The notes below the pieces were generated by a model that was not told the origin of the DNA, did not search any database, and saw only the letters and a program-made list of their open reading frames with translations. Position numbers and translations under genes: made by a program. A stretch of 57,596 nucleotides of DNA, the filler included, from Sphacelaria rigidula (taxonomy: Eukaryota): NCBI GenBank assembly GCA_964200075.2. It is 7 parts of 7 records of this genome, joined end to end, with 100 filler letters (N's around TTAATTAATTAA, not from the genome) between each part and the next. Parts side by side here need not be neighbours in the genome. Positions count along the whole stretch, not along the records: positions 1 to 8,143 come from CAXNAA020012135.1; positions 8,244 to 16,386 come from CAXNAA020012136.1; 5 more parts are not named here. One strand, 5' to 3'. Numbering within the stretch: position 1 is the first letter of the stretch; every line of letters begins with the position of its first letter. Positions 1 through 12,550 of this stretch are shown here, one piece after another.

Positions 1-4
1 TACT

Positions 5-310
5 CACTGGAGCATCAGATGCCCTCCAGAGGGTTCGTTGATGTCCATTCCAGAGGGATGAAACACCCCTACAGAGCATTCAGACCTTAGAAGTCACTGG
101 AGCATCAGATGCCCCCGAGAGGATTCGTTTATGTCCATTCCCGAGGGATGAAACACCTCTAGAGAGTATTCAGACCTCAAAAGTCACTGGAGCATGAGAT
201 GCCCTCCAGAGGATTCGTTTATGTCCATTCCAGAGGGATGAAACACCTCTAGAGGGTATTTTACCCTCCAGAGGGTCATTGACCTTCCAGAGGATGAAAA
301 TCACGATAGA
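5..310. repeat. 90-bp tandem repeat (~3 units), also forming the left arm of an inverted repeat
   Basis: CACTGGAGCAT(C/G)AGATGCCC starts at 5, 95 and 185. The array is cut by the contig start. Confidence 0.9.
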
Positions 311-754
311 GGATTTCCAAACAGGAGCAGAATGGCCGCGTGTGCAGTTCAATGTCGGACCAGCAGTCGCGGCCATGCATTTTGCCATGCAGAATATGCA
401 TCGCACTCCATCGGCGTCGGCGCACACGCCTCTCTCAGCTCTAATCGAGGCATTTGCGGCTTCATGCCAGGCCGCGCTCCAAGATCAATCGGCGTCTGCT
501 CACGTGAAATTCAACGATGATTCTGCACCTGCCACGCCCAAACCCGTACGTTTGGCGCTTCGATGGGCGACATTGCGTTCTCCGTTCGTCTCTCATGAAA
601 AGTTCAACGAACACGAGTCCAGCCCCTCCTCCACTTGAAGCCGAAGTCTTGCTCGCGCTCCTGAACGGCGCCTAACACCAACCGTTGGTCACGACCACGT
701 CACCCGTGCTGGTAGTTCCAAGGACAACACACGCGGCCTTTCGGCTACTCCCCT

Positions 755-920
755 TTAAACACTTTATCGTGATTTTCATCCTCTCGAGAGTAAAGTAACC
801 CTCCTGAGCATAAGAATAGCCTCTAGAGTGTATTTCATGCTCGGTTCCGGTTATAAAACCATTCCTCTGAAGGGCATCTCATGCTCCAGTGACCGCTGAG
901 GTCTGAATCCCTCCAGAGTG
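755..920 (-). repeat. Inverted copy of ~157-320 (right arm of a foldback-like element)
   Basis: AGGGCATCTCATGCTCCAGTGAC (871-893) and TATCGTGATTTTCATCCTCT (765-784) are reverse complements of motifs at 183-205 and 290-309. Confidence 0.8.
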
Positions 921-2868
921 CCAAAAATATGGTGCTCTGGAGCACGTGGTTTTCGTGAACGTCCCTTAGAGGAAAATAGGAACAGCAGAGGGAAAGATGA
1001 GCATCATTCCTCTGGAGAAGGGACCGCCTATGGCCTCTAAGTCATTTGTTGCAACTCCGGAGCACATAGCCCTACAGTATCCTCCAGCTTGTATATTTAC
1101 ACTGGTGCACTTGTGTCCTACCTGCTTCCAGGGCACCTTTACGACCATGACGCCAGATAAATTACCATGACTATAATCCTGCAGCAACGAGCACGAGTTG
1201 GGTGCAGGGATACACTGCAGTAGTTGGGTATGATGTATGTCTTGTTGGTGGAAGTTTAAACTTGAGCATCTTCTTCCATGATCGCGGAGTCGTGCGGTGC
1301 CGGAACCATACGCGGAGTAGGGTGCGGGCAATAACCGGCGGTTTACTGCATACATACCCATGGACAGTGCAGGCAGACAAAGCTGAGCACACTGCTCAAG
1401 TCGTTTTCACGTCGCACCGTAAGCAGAAAACATACATATAGTCCAGCGCTGTCTGTAGTGTACTTTGCCCGCTTCCCCTTCACGTTCAACTGACTGCAGC
1501 GGGGAGCATGTGAGCATGCTGCTAGAACGGGCGTCGTGAAGTATACTCAGTAGCTGACGGTATATATCACCCATGAGGATGCACCCAAAGCTACAAGCAT
1601 CCACTTTGTTTAGCCAAACGTGGCGCATATACCGCGCTAACTCTGCAGTATATTGTGCTGCACGTATACAAGCATGATATGGTATTGTTCTGCACGGCAT
1701 TGTACAGTTCAGTACAGCATCAAACCGTGCGTAATGTTGTGGTCGTCATATCGCGTCATCAAAGTACGCCGTGTACAACCGCCACCGAAGTTTTTCGCGT
1801 GTTCAATCGAAAAAATGCTTGACTATTATTGAAATGGTCAATACGGGACTACGGGGTTTTCAAAACCTGTATGTAGGGACATATGAGGTTCATACTGGCA
1901 CAGCACCATAACCACAAGCTGAAGCTACATAGCATGGCTGTGTTTACATACACTCGCAATTAGTGTATGGGATCTGTAACCAGCGGAAGCTGTCGAAGAC
2001 TTCGATCCTCCTGCTCGATTGGTATACGAATTAGGGGGCTAGAGGATAAGTTTTCGACACTTTCTGCTGCATCTCGAATCTCATCCACTGATACTTGAAC
2101 GGCAAAAGCTGCTCGCGAATAAGTTCCTTTTTTGCCCAATTTCAGGTATTGGCGGGCGAAATAAGGACTTATTTCGAACAGCTTTGGTGTACAGATTCCA
2201 TTTGCGAGTGTATATGGGATTGTACAGCCTCTGATTTTCGAAATAGAAATCCTTTTTGCCCGATTCTGAATTTGTAATTAAGAGTTATTTCGAACGGCAG
2301 AGGCTGTACGAATTCCAGATTCTCACAGCACCTATTCCTTAAAAATTCCAGGAGATTTCAATATTGACACAGACCTTCGAGGCCCCAAAATTCACAGTCC
2401 TCTAGATAATTGCGAATACCCAAGATCCTCTAGCGAGGATTTCAAAACGGACGGAAGCGAGGATGACGTTTGGAAAGTCTACAAGGCAGCCGAATGGCCG
2501 CGTGTGAACTCCCAGCACAGCTTGAATTCATCGCGCGTTTTCACACGCCCGCAAAATGTCAGTCATGGTGCACATATGACGGTAGTTCACGACACAGTTC
2601 CGATACATCGCGCGCTCCGAAGCACCTGGTGAATGCCGATCGTGATCGCAATCACGAGGATGATTTGCGGCACAGATCAAGTTCATCGCCCGTTCACTCA
2701 CGCTCGAAGGATACCGTTCACCCAATCGCACGCACCCCTCCTGCTACGCATCCGTCACGCCCCCGCCGTTTACGCAATGATATTACTGTCCATGCCAACG
2801 ATATCCAAAATATATTTTTGGACATGTCACCGGCTCTCGAATCCTCAATTGAAGAATCAAGCCGCAAC

Positions 2869-3152
2869 TATAGAGCCCTCCTGGACTCAGAACAAGGTCA
2901 CAAGATTGCTCCAAGGGCTTCCTCCCTCACTAGGGCCTGGAGACTTCAAGACAGTTGTTATTCATAAACACACAGCCTTCGTTATCGGAAGTAACCACAT
3001 GCGTGAAGCATGTGATGTTCAAATCCACATAGTCTGCCGATCAGACCCGTAAGTCCGTCGACCAATAGAAAACGCCTGCCTACAGCAGATTATTCCACTT
3101 GTATATCATCATGAACCTGCACGTACGTGTACTGGAGGTGGACTACTCTACA
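2869..3152 (-). repeat. 3' LTR
   Basis: Closely similar to 6125-6404. Reads TGTAGAG...CTCTATA in element orientation. Confidence 0.9.
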
Positions 3153-3453
3153 GTACCCCCCAAAACTCCGTACTACTCGAAATAGGACGCGAGTTTGACA
3201 AAACAGTAGACACCGACTATCACGTATGCTACCTTTGTCCCCCCGGTAGTGACACACGACCTTGTACTGTCATGTTCCACGAAAACAATGACGTGCACAA
3301 CCTTGAACATCGACACTCAAAGACAATGTCTCAAGCGAACTCAGGCAAGTCAACCATTCTTCAACGGTAATTTCCACGTAAGCATTCTCACACAAAGCAA
3401 AGGTGTCAAGTATAGTACAATCTTAACCAGTATCATTCGATATCATCATATTT

Positions 3454-6030
3454 TCAAAGCTTCATACCATACTTTGCCTGTAAACGTTCTCGTACCTTTT
3501 TACTTAGTCCCAACTTACGCAGCTCAGATTTTACAAATTGCGGGGCTCCGTCCAAAATATTTTCCAGAGGCTCCCACGAGTCGTCATCTTTGCCAAATCC
3601 GACCCACTTCACTTGTGCATATAATCCATCTCCTGCTTCGCCCTCAGATATACCGACAATAACCGCCATCTCGAACTCGCCTTGTGCAAAAGCATACTGG
3701 AACACCTCCTTCACATCAGCCGTAATCTTCAGCTCCTTGTCCGCATAAAACCGAAGGCGGGCGACATGCACATCCTGTACCTCGCCATTCACAATGTTCT
3801 GTACCCCGTACACATGTTGTTGTTCTTCCGTCACAATCCGCCAAGGCCCCGTCCACGTACTCACAAGCTTCGGCGTAGTTCCCGAACGCCTCACCCTCGC
3901 CGCCAGCACGTAATCGCCCACCACAAAGTTAGGAAGCTTTCCCTTACTAGCCACACGTCTCTGTAGATCGCGATTCTTGTCGACACGCTGCGCCACCTTC
4001 TTGTGCCACTCTTGCTGAGCCTCAACGATTGACGTCACCTGTCGCCTCAAAGTGTCTTCGTCAAGCACATCGACGCTCCATTCGCCCCCAGTTGACGATG
4101 CCATAGTAGAGAAGCTGGTGCGCGGTGCCCGGCCAAACATAACATGGTATGGCGTGCTAGCATAACGCTCTCGGAAAGCAGTGTTCAATGCCCACTGCAC
4201 TGCAGGTACCAAACTCACCCATTCACGAACATCACGCCTTTCCTCTTGCAACATTGCCTTCAAGGTACGTACAATCTCACGCATCATTCACTCACAGGTG
4301 CCATTAGACCATGGGGAGTTAGCAACCGCGAATCGGCGATCCAGCTTCAGCGCCTTCTCAAGCGCTCTCATTACACGATTCTTGGAATGCGATGCCGTAT
4401 CGCTGACCCATACTTCTGGCGACCCCAGCGTTTTGCAACCATGTCAACAGATGCTTCATCGTCGTGGCCGCCGTACAAGACTCCGTGGGCTCCAACCGCA
4501 CGAAGTTGCACATATCGTCCATCATGATTAATATATACTTGAACCCATCTCCTTCGTCCAAGCCACTAGTTCCCAGGGGGCCACTCTCGCCAACGTAGAG
4601 AAAATCAAACTGCAGCACCTCCCCTGGGCGTGTACCATGCACCGTCTTCCCGAAGGGATGCGGGACCTTCTCCCCCGCCTTAAAATCCAAACAGTGCAGG
4701 CATTGCTTCACAAACTCAGTCACATGAGTCTCCATCCGGAAGCAACAACGATACTCTTGTAAGCGCTGTAAAGTTGCCACAACCCCTCGGTGACCAGCCC
4801 CTTTCATGTGAGCGCATACCATCAAGCGTGTTTGTAGTTCTCTCGCTTCCGGTGGGATCCACAATACATTCCTTCCTGCAACATGCACGCGAAACAAATC
4901 CTCACCGTCTTTGAGGACACGCCCAACAGCGGCAGTAAACGTCTCGACCCCATCAAACATACCTCCTAACCCCTCACGGCTTGCTCTTGGGCTTCACGAA
5001 CGGCCTCTTTCGACGGTAGCGTGTCATCAGCCTCTCCACTTGAAAAAACAGCGATGGCTCTCACGGATACCGCTGGAACGTTCACCCACCGGGACAGTAG
5101 ATCTCCCCAATAGTTACGCTCACCAGAAATATGCCTGATTGAATAATCATACTGCCCGACTACAGTCTTCTATTGTTCAAGAGGCTGGGCGGCAGTTTTC
5201 GCCAGTGTGGTCACGCATGCTTCGGGATCAAAAATATAAGCGAGATTGCGATGGTCCGTAAATATGGTCACTCCTCCCCACAAAAGGTACTCCAACCTAC
5301 GAAATGTACTCACGGTGGCATATCCTTCCTTGTCCACCGTAGCCCACCTCAACTGCGCTCCTCGAAACGTCGCACCAAGAAACCCTAGGGGCTCATGACT
5401 CATGCCCTCCACCGCTATATCGCTATTCGATTCAGCTCTCGGCACCTGGGTCACGAAACTACCCCAATGAAGATCCGACGCGTCTGGAAACATGTCGTCT
5501 CATAGCCCTCCTTGGGATGTGACAGAGCAACAGCATGTGCCACCAAATCTTGCGCCGCTGTCCAAGCTTGTGCACGTCCACGCCGCCTCTTTGATTGCCC
5601 TGTTTGAAGCAACCCGCTTTGTACCACGCACATTGCCGACCATATGCTCCTCGAGCAAAGACGAAGTGGCTCCACCATTTGAGCAAGGCGCGGAAGAGAC
5701 GTCCGCAACCAATTCACCGCTGGCAAAAATTGCATCAACTCGCCCGCGGTTTGAGGACGCCTCATACTCGCCAAACCGCTCAGTCTCTCCATGTCGTGAG
5801 CCACCTGCCTACCCGAGAGAACCTTTCCGCACCACGTAATTCGCGTAACATAAAACATACACTTGTGTGCAGCCGCAAAAAGACCAGTATCCTCGAGGCG
5901 GCTTAAAATCGCATTCAGCGTGCACAGCAAGTCATCTTCATTTGCCCTCCACCACAAGATGTCATCTACCCACACCTTTTATGGAAGTCCAGTCAATAGC
6001 TTCGTCATAGTGCCCTAAAAATACCATCGG
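3454..6030 (-). pseudogene. pol: Frameshifted pol remnant: RT C-terminal half, RNase H, integrase, chromodomain
   Basis: WVDD RT motif (ORF 5451-5975). DAS...W...D.E...FTDHRNL RNase H (5170-5493). H..GAGHRG...C..C zinc finger and DF core (4358-4960). Integrase C-terminus with WTGPW and chromodomain VKWVGF...SWEPLEN (3454-4287). Several frameshifts. Confidence 0.92.
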
Positions 6031-6124
6031 TGAGGTTTCAGGTTTTTCGATAAGTTCTCCGCAGCTGCCCACAGCTGAAAAACCTCTTCCAGAAACCAGC
6101 GGTTTCCTCTTAATAAATGTTTAT

Positions 6125-6404
6125 TATAGAGCCCTCCTGGACTCAGAACAAGGTCACAAGATTGCTCCAAGGGCTTTCTCCCTCACTAGGGCCTGGAGAC
6201 TTCAAGATTGTTGTTATTCATAAACAAAAAGCCTTCGTTATTGGAAGTAACGACATGCGTGAAGCATGTGATATTCAAATCCACATAGTCTTCCGATCAG
6301 ACCCGCAAGTCCATCAACCAATACAAAACGCCTACAGCCGATTGTTCCACTTGTAGATCATCATGAACCTGCACGTGCGTGTACTGGAGGTGGACTACTC
6401 TACA
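6125..6404 (-). repeat. 5' LTR
   Basis: Direct repeat of 2869-3152. Confidence 0.9.
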
Positions 6405-6430
6405 TGTGACTACCTGTTGGTAGTAGAGAG

Positions 6431-7100
6431 CTTTGGGGGTGCTGTAGACTCTAGCCACCATTGTTACCTAAGGTAAGGGACATTGTGTAGGTGGAGTTGC
6501 GGGTCTGATTGCCGGACACTGTGATTGATGGGTGACCTTTATGACGTGAGACTTGCTTTTGCTACTCTGGTGGAGAGAGGCTATGGCCCGGTTCTCCTGT
6601 ACTATGCTGAGGGTTAATATATGAATAACTAAAGCTACTGAAGTCCATGTGTCCGTGATCGGAGGGCCCACATGGCGATCTGATCTTGAGTGACAGAAGT
6701 CTCTAGGTTGTGTGAAGCATAATTTTCTCTTGTGGAACATGACAGTGCATGATCATGTGTAACTCGGAGGTGGACAAAGGCAGCATGAACGTGATCGTCG
6801 GTCTCTACTTCGAGTAGTGCAAAGTTTTGGGGTTGCTGTAGAGAAGTCCACCTCAAGTACCCGTACAGGAAAATGATGAACTATGGACTTGTCTGAAATC
6901 AGAACAAGGTTACAGTGCTGCTCCAGAGGCTCCGAAACTCAAGCAGTTTTACAAACAGCATCTCTTACTTCACCAGAAGTAACCTTGCACCTCGTGTGCA
7001 AACATCATACATCATGGAGTCCACCGATCATACTCTCAGATCCGTTATCCATCAACCAGCCTATAAACGCCCCCTATGCATTCTCTCCACTGCAGTCATA
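6431..7100 (+). mobile_element. Two further diverged LTR relatives, each preceded by a PPT-like tract
   Basis: CTTTGGGGGTGC|TGTAGAC at 6431 and GTTTTGGGGTTGC|TGTAGAGAAGTCCACCTCAAGTAC at 6824 mirror the PPT/LTR junction of the main element. Internal matches include TTGCGGGTCTGAT and TATGAATAAC. Confidence 0.65.
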
Positions 7101-8143
7101 TACCCGAACAAGGTAACCATGTTGCCCGGAGTCTACAGCATCCCCAAAGCTCGCTTACTACCAACAAGCAGTCAGACCTAGAGCTTGATAGACTCAGACA
7201 TCATTGTTGCCGAAGTCTACCGTCAATTTTCACCCAGAATGGCAATTCCTACCGCAGTATACGGTAACAGCCATACGAGCTTGTCCAACTGCCGCACAAC
7301 TCGCAAGAGATCGAAAACGTCCATCATGAACACAATCGCGCTACTTGCATCGCTCCGAGTCAAGGAGCGATAGCTGACGCCCAATTCTCAAACCCATGCC
7401 TCAAACAAGTCTCCTGACTTCAAACCGGCGAGAAAATGTAAACGTCAACGAACTTCAAATTCTGAAGCCATAGTGACAATCCGTCTCCCGCATTCGATAC
7501 CGTTCAACATACAAATTACTCTCTCGTACATTTAACACTTGTGCAACGGAGTGCAACAGCCAAGCAATATACCTGAAACTAGAATCAAATAAGTATCCAA
7601 CACGTCTAGAATGCAGCTGGACTCTTGCTTGCTCACCTCCGTGAAACGTTTGCCTCGCCCGTCTCTTCATCGTGAAAGCTTCATCGCCCACTCAACTCAT
7701 GAGCATACGAAAAAGAAGAGAAGCCATGGCTCAAACAGCTTTTCAAGCCATGTATACCAATCCAACAACAGTAAACGGACCTCGACCTCCGCCATCATTG
7801 ACAACCCGCAGTGATATCGTTCTGAAACTCGCTTCTACCGAGTACGTCCATGTAGCACCCCCACAGTACCGCTGAGCACTCCACCAAACGGTATACTCGC
7901 ACCGCCGAACCAATCACACCCTGGACAATAGAAGGCATTTATTGCTGTAGCAGTAGAATTCACCGTAATAGACGAGTATATTCTCGATTGTAATGGCTAT
8001 CAACGATGAAATGTCTCCGTCCATTGCCCTGACCATGTGCATTGAGACAAGAAATCAAAATCTATTGCTGGTGACCATGTATATCGATGGCAGGTTTCGA
8101 GAGTTCATTGTTACTGACCATTTATATTGATGGAAATTTGCGG

Positions 8144-8243
8144 NNNNNNNNNNNNNNNNNNNNNNNNNNNNNNNNNNNNNNNNNNNNTTAATTAATTAAN
8201 NNNNNNNNNNNNNNNNNNNNNNNNNNNNNNNNNNNNNNNNNNN
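8144..8243. other. Artificial contig linker
   Basis: N44-TTAATTAATTAA-N44, which puts stop codons in all six frames. Confidence 0.97.
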
Positions 8244-8522
8244 TCCGATCGGGCGGGCGCCCGGCGCGCTCCTGGCGATAGGGCGTTGGGGGGGGTCGGG
8301 GTGTTTTTTTTTTTTTTTTGGTGGACAGACTACGCCTACACGAAAAAAGGCCGCTGCCATGCATATGCCACGCGTCATGGGTGTTCGTGCATGAGCCACG
8401 ACAAGCTGTGTATTGCCGTCACAGTGCAACGAACAGTATCTACAGAGGTGATCGTATCAGCCGTGCGTTTGGTTATGGATGCACGAAGATGTCAGTACGA
8501 ACAGCACAATGATCCGTCATTG

Positions 8523-8603
8523 GGGCCGAAGCTCATGAGAGTAGGGCGGTCCGTGCGCTGCGCCAAGTTGACACAGGGTTTGAGTGGGTTCGACTCTCAC
8601 ACT
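8523..8603 (+). mobile_element. tRNA-derived head, probably of a SINE (or a tRNA pseudogene)
   Basis: GGGGCCGAAGCTCATGAGAGTAGGGCG is A-box-like. GAGTGGGTTCGACTCTC is a B-box/T-arm. No complete cloverleaf is visible. Confidence 0.45.
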
Positions 8604-9494
8604 GAATCGAGCGAATTTCCCCGACCGCTCGAGGTGCTACTCCACATGACTGCTACACGGTGGCCTAGCCGAGCCTCCGGGTCATCGGTGCACGATCCCG
8701 ATAGCGGACTAAGTGTTGGGTGAGGGTTTCTCCTTCCTTCTTGCACTGTGCACGGCAAAATACTGTTTCACGCCCATCTGCGCTGAAACGTCGCGTTTGG
8801 CATCACTCCTGCTAGCCGTCTGCCCCATGCCCACTTGGCAATTTGTCGACGTCAACAATATGATATACTCGAAGAAAAATTCGCAAGACTGTCAGCGGAA
8901 AACTCGAAACAGAAGCCATGGGCGCTCGAAGGGTCATCTTTGTTTTTATGAAGAAATTTTGAATAACAATTGAAGAAAAAAAAGAAAGAAAAAAAACGAA
9001 AAAAAAAAGAGGAGAAAGTCAGAGTGTTTACCACATTCCGCAACTGTTGTTTACAAACACCTCCGCTGTTCGGAATACATTTGTACGTGCATCCCCCCGA
9101 CAGGGCACTGGAGGCTGTTGTGAGAGGCAGAGCAGACGGTTCGGCCGGCCCTACCTTATCTTCCGTGCTCGGCGCCCTGGTTAGGACCGGCGGTTCCGGC
9201 TGCCTCGTGTGGGTATTTTTCCACGGACTCCATCAAATGTCCGCGGACGACTACGTGTCAGGGGAAGGATCCGGTAATTCAGCGGTCGCTAAAACGGAGA
9301 CATCGGGTGGGGTAGGGGCGCCGCAGGTGTCGCAAGGTGCTCCAATTTATTCCTCAGAAGAGACGCGCCCGTTTTGTCACGCTTTGAAGATGTCAGGGTT
9401 GTTGGTAAGAAACGGAAATGAGCAATGTGACCGATAGAGTGCCAAACGCGAAATCGTTGTCCGGCAGTACGTGACTCAGCTTTCCGAATCTTGA

Positions 9495-9654
9495 CCCTAT
9501 TGGGACCGGACTCCGCGAAACATATGGTTTGCGCCTAGGGGTATTTTTGTGACTCGACATCATTTTCAGTCGTTTCCAAGTAAAAATAATGCCGATTCGC
9601 AATAAGGCCCCTTCGTGCAAACCACATGTTTCTGACAGTCCGGTTCCAAAAGGG
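9495..9654. mobile_element. piggyBac-like MITE
   Basis: TIRs CCCTATTGGGACCGGACT / AGTCCGGTTCCAAAAGGG, with TTGA on both flanks. Confidence 0.75.
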
Positions 9655-10618
9655 TTGAGGGGGCTAACAGTTCCCAAGCGCTCTCGCCATTGTGTGTGCA
9701 GTGAGCGTTTCCCCCTGATCAGCGCCGCCGTTCGGCGTCGATTCTCGCTCTCCCAACGGACACGTTGTTCAGGTACGTATCCTGCGCATGAATAGCAAGA
9801 GAGGTTGATGTAAACAGTGCCCGCAGTTTTCTGTTTTGTTCCATTCTTTGAAAAGGAATGTCATGATTTGGTGGAAAGTCCCTGGTCAAACGATGGTATC
9901 ATCATCCAAGGCGGTAACCATCAACTTTTGGAAAACTTCCAGAAAGTTCAAAGCGACCGTGGATGGCGCTAACGTGAGTCGAACCACTCACCCTGTACAC
10001 ATACAACAGTAGTACGTGATGCTGAACGCTGATTGATGGTATATATATATATATATATATATAATTTTTTTTCATCTTTTGAGTGAGTATAGAACTCTTA
10101 CACGTATTTTTTTTTTGGGGGGGGGGTACGGCAGTGGGGTCCTTAGGCTTGAACTACCTGGGGCGGTGGTTACGGTGGGGCGGAGATTCAGCAGTTGTAG
10201 AATGTGTTCACCGCGGATTTTGACAACGAAGGTGGCGTATGTTGGTGGTGTTGGCGTTGAACATCGCCTGCGATAGCTTTTGGGCAGGACTGCCGCAAAC
10301 CGCGGGCATGAAAAATGCAGACGGCCATGTGACGGCCATGTCGGGGAGTTTCGACTGTTCGAGGCGGGGGCGGAGGCGGAGGCGGGGGCGGGGCGGTTAG
10401 ACCCCATGTAAATGTATGGGTTTGTCCGTGTATTGGTGTGGATAATCCAGTCGACATATCGGCCATTTTTGTCGATAATGTGGGTTCGTGTGTGACGGTT
10501 CACGTATACACAGCTGAACGAACATCTGTGCACACAGATAGCTGGCTAGCTAGCTATCCAGCACCGTACTGGGCAGCGCAGAAAAATGTTGGATTTTGGT
10601 CTGATTACATAAATGTAA

Positions 10619-11093
10619 GGCCACTTCTTATAGACTGAAAAAAATCTCTCTGAGAACTGCCCTTTTGAACCTTTCACACGGATTATTGGCGAAATACGGG
10701 TCTTGGTGGACTGGATCTCCTCGGAAAGATTCGCTATATTCATCACGAGGATTCCAGCGCGCTTGTCCGACGTTTCGTGTGCCCAGTTTAATTTTTGGCC
10801 GGGCTCTGGATTTTTTCAGTCACCCCCCAAAACTTCGAGTTGTCGGGAAACAGTACGTCTTTTTCCCGACATATGGATGATTTTGGGGCCGACTGAAAAA
10901 ATTCAGAATCCGGTCGAAAGTAAAACTGGTCGTACAAACATTCGAAAAAGTGCGCTAGAATCCTCGTGAAAAACATCGCCAATCTCCCCGAGGAGGCGAA
11001 ATCCGCCAAGGCCCGTATTCCGCCAGTAATCTGTGATACTAGCTTCAAAACAGCAGTTCTCATAGATTTTTTTTCAGTCTAAAAGAAGCGGTC
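10619..11093. mobile_element. PIF/Harbinger (Tourist-like) MITE
   Basis: TIRs GGCCACTTCTTATAGACTGAAAAAAATCT / AGATTTTTTTTCAGTCTAAAAGAAGCGGTC, with a TAA target-site duplication. Confidence 0.85.
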
Positions 11094-11244
11094 TAACTGG
11101 TGCGGTGTGTGTTGCGCTTTTTGTCCCTGCGGCTCCAGAAGCTGTACTGTTGCTTGTTCTGGTTAGCGTTTGTATGAAGAGGTACTCACAAGAAGATTTA
11201 TAGATGATGCAATGACCAGGGTAAAGCGTGCGTTCCATGTTTGG

Positions 11245-11325
11245 GTGCTCCGTCTCGAAAGGGATGCGTGGTCAACGGTCAAACGACCAAGGCATTCAGC
11301 AAATGAATACCTCCCCCCCCCCCCC
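11245..11325. repeat. Interspersed repeat fragment, inverted copy at ~33035-33110
   Basis: GAAAGGGATGCGTGGTCAACGGTCA versus TGACCGTTGACCACGTATCCCTTTC. Confidence 0.7.
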
Positions 11326-12550
11326 TCCTTCCCTTCCTTTTCCCCGGAAGAAATGGTTACATTTGATGGTGGGGCTTGGGTGGGGGGGGAAAAAAAATGC
11401 ATTCTTACGGACATCAGATCAAGTTCCACTATCCAACATGCATGCGATGTTAGCCCTGCAAGCCTCATTCATCTGCAGCGGTAAGATAATGCTCCATGGA
11501 GGAAGGCGACATGACCCTGGCTTTACTTCATCGCGCCCAGCATTATGACGAAAAAGCATGACCGCGCAAAAGGAGAGTGTTGACGTGTTGATGGGTGTTG
11601 GGTTCTGTCGTTGGAAAATACAGCGGATCATCAAGCGGCTGGCGTGATTGCAGACACACACGATGCTACTGCAGTGTAGCCAGCAGGAACAAAATGAGCG
11701 GCACGAACCGGTACAGGAAAAACACAATGTACTGACGTAATTTGATTGATCGATTGGTTAGTTGATTGATCGATTGACCTATGCCCAGGACGCTTCCGAT
11801 ATAAAATTATCTCGGTGTTCGTGACGTTGCGGTCTTGGATTGCGGCGGTAAAGCCGCAGTGGCCCCAGCTGGGCCCTTGTTAAAAGTGACTCTGAAATGA
11901 AGGTCTGCCGCACGCACCCGGGGTATGGTGCCGTGTAGTTGCACGGAAGCGTGAAGTTATATTGAAGCATAAATCGTGTTCGTGTTGTCGCCGTTGCCCT
12001 ACATTCGCGAGGGTCCGCAGCAAGCCGGCGCTGAGACGCGACTAGCCGTTTCCCGGCAAATTCCCCCTCGGTCGTCCCGCACTAGTTCCAGCCACTACCA
12101 TGCCGGTTTTCAAGTACACGTACAAGACTTGCTTTCTGGCATGCCGTAGACTAAAAGTTGCAAAGTGCTGTTTCTCGGGCAAGCAGGAGACAGCGTCAAG
12201 CGCCAAGCAGCTGCACTCTGGACCGAGGGGTCCCAAATCCGGGAATCACGGCACCACCCTCTCCAGGTCGCCCAAACCTCAATCTGGGGCCGTACGAGGG
12301 GGTGAAAGGGGCGAACACGGGATACCCTGTTTGGGGGGTTCGTACCCCCCACATCGATGGATGTTGACGATAGCAGTTGCTGTGTGTGCGCATAAGTTTT
12401 CACATCCATGTATGTAAAATCATGTTGCTTCGACACTCCGTACACTGCGTTTCATCCGTAGCGGGATGCCTCCCGCGGTACTTCCTGGTCACTGCACAGC
12501 GGCGGGACGCAGAATGACTACACACACTGAACGACGTCACATGCTTTGTG

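Larger units (their letters stand above)
2869..6404 (-). mobile_element. Ty3/gypsy LTR retrotransposon with chromodomain, internally deleted (no gag, protease or RT N-terminus)
   Basis: Direct ~280-bp LTRs at 2869-3152 and 6125-6404. PPT-like TTTTGGGGGGTAC precedes the TGTAGAG start of the 3' LTR. Domain order is RT-RNaseH-IN-chromodomain. Confidence 0.93.

Noticed and set aside
8188-8199. Periodic TTAATTAATTAA motif every ~8.24 kb
   Set aside because: Synthetic linker embedded in N runs.
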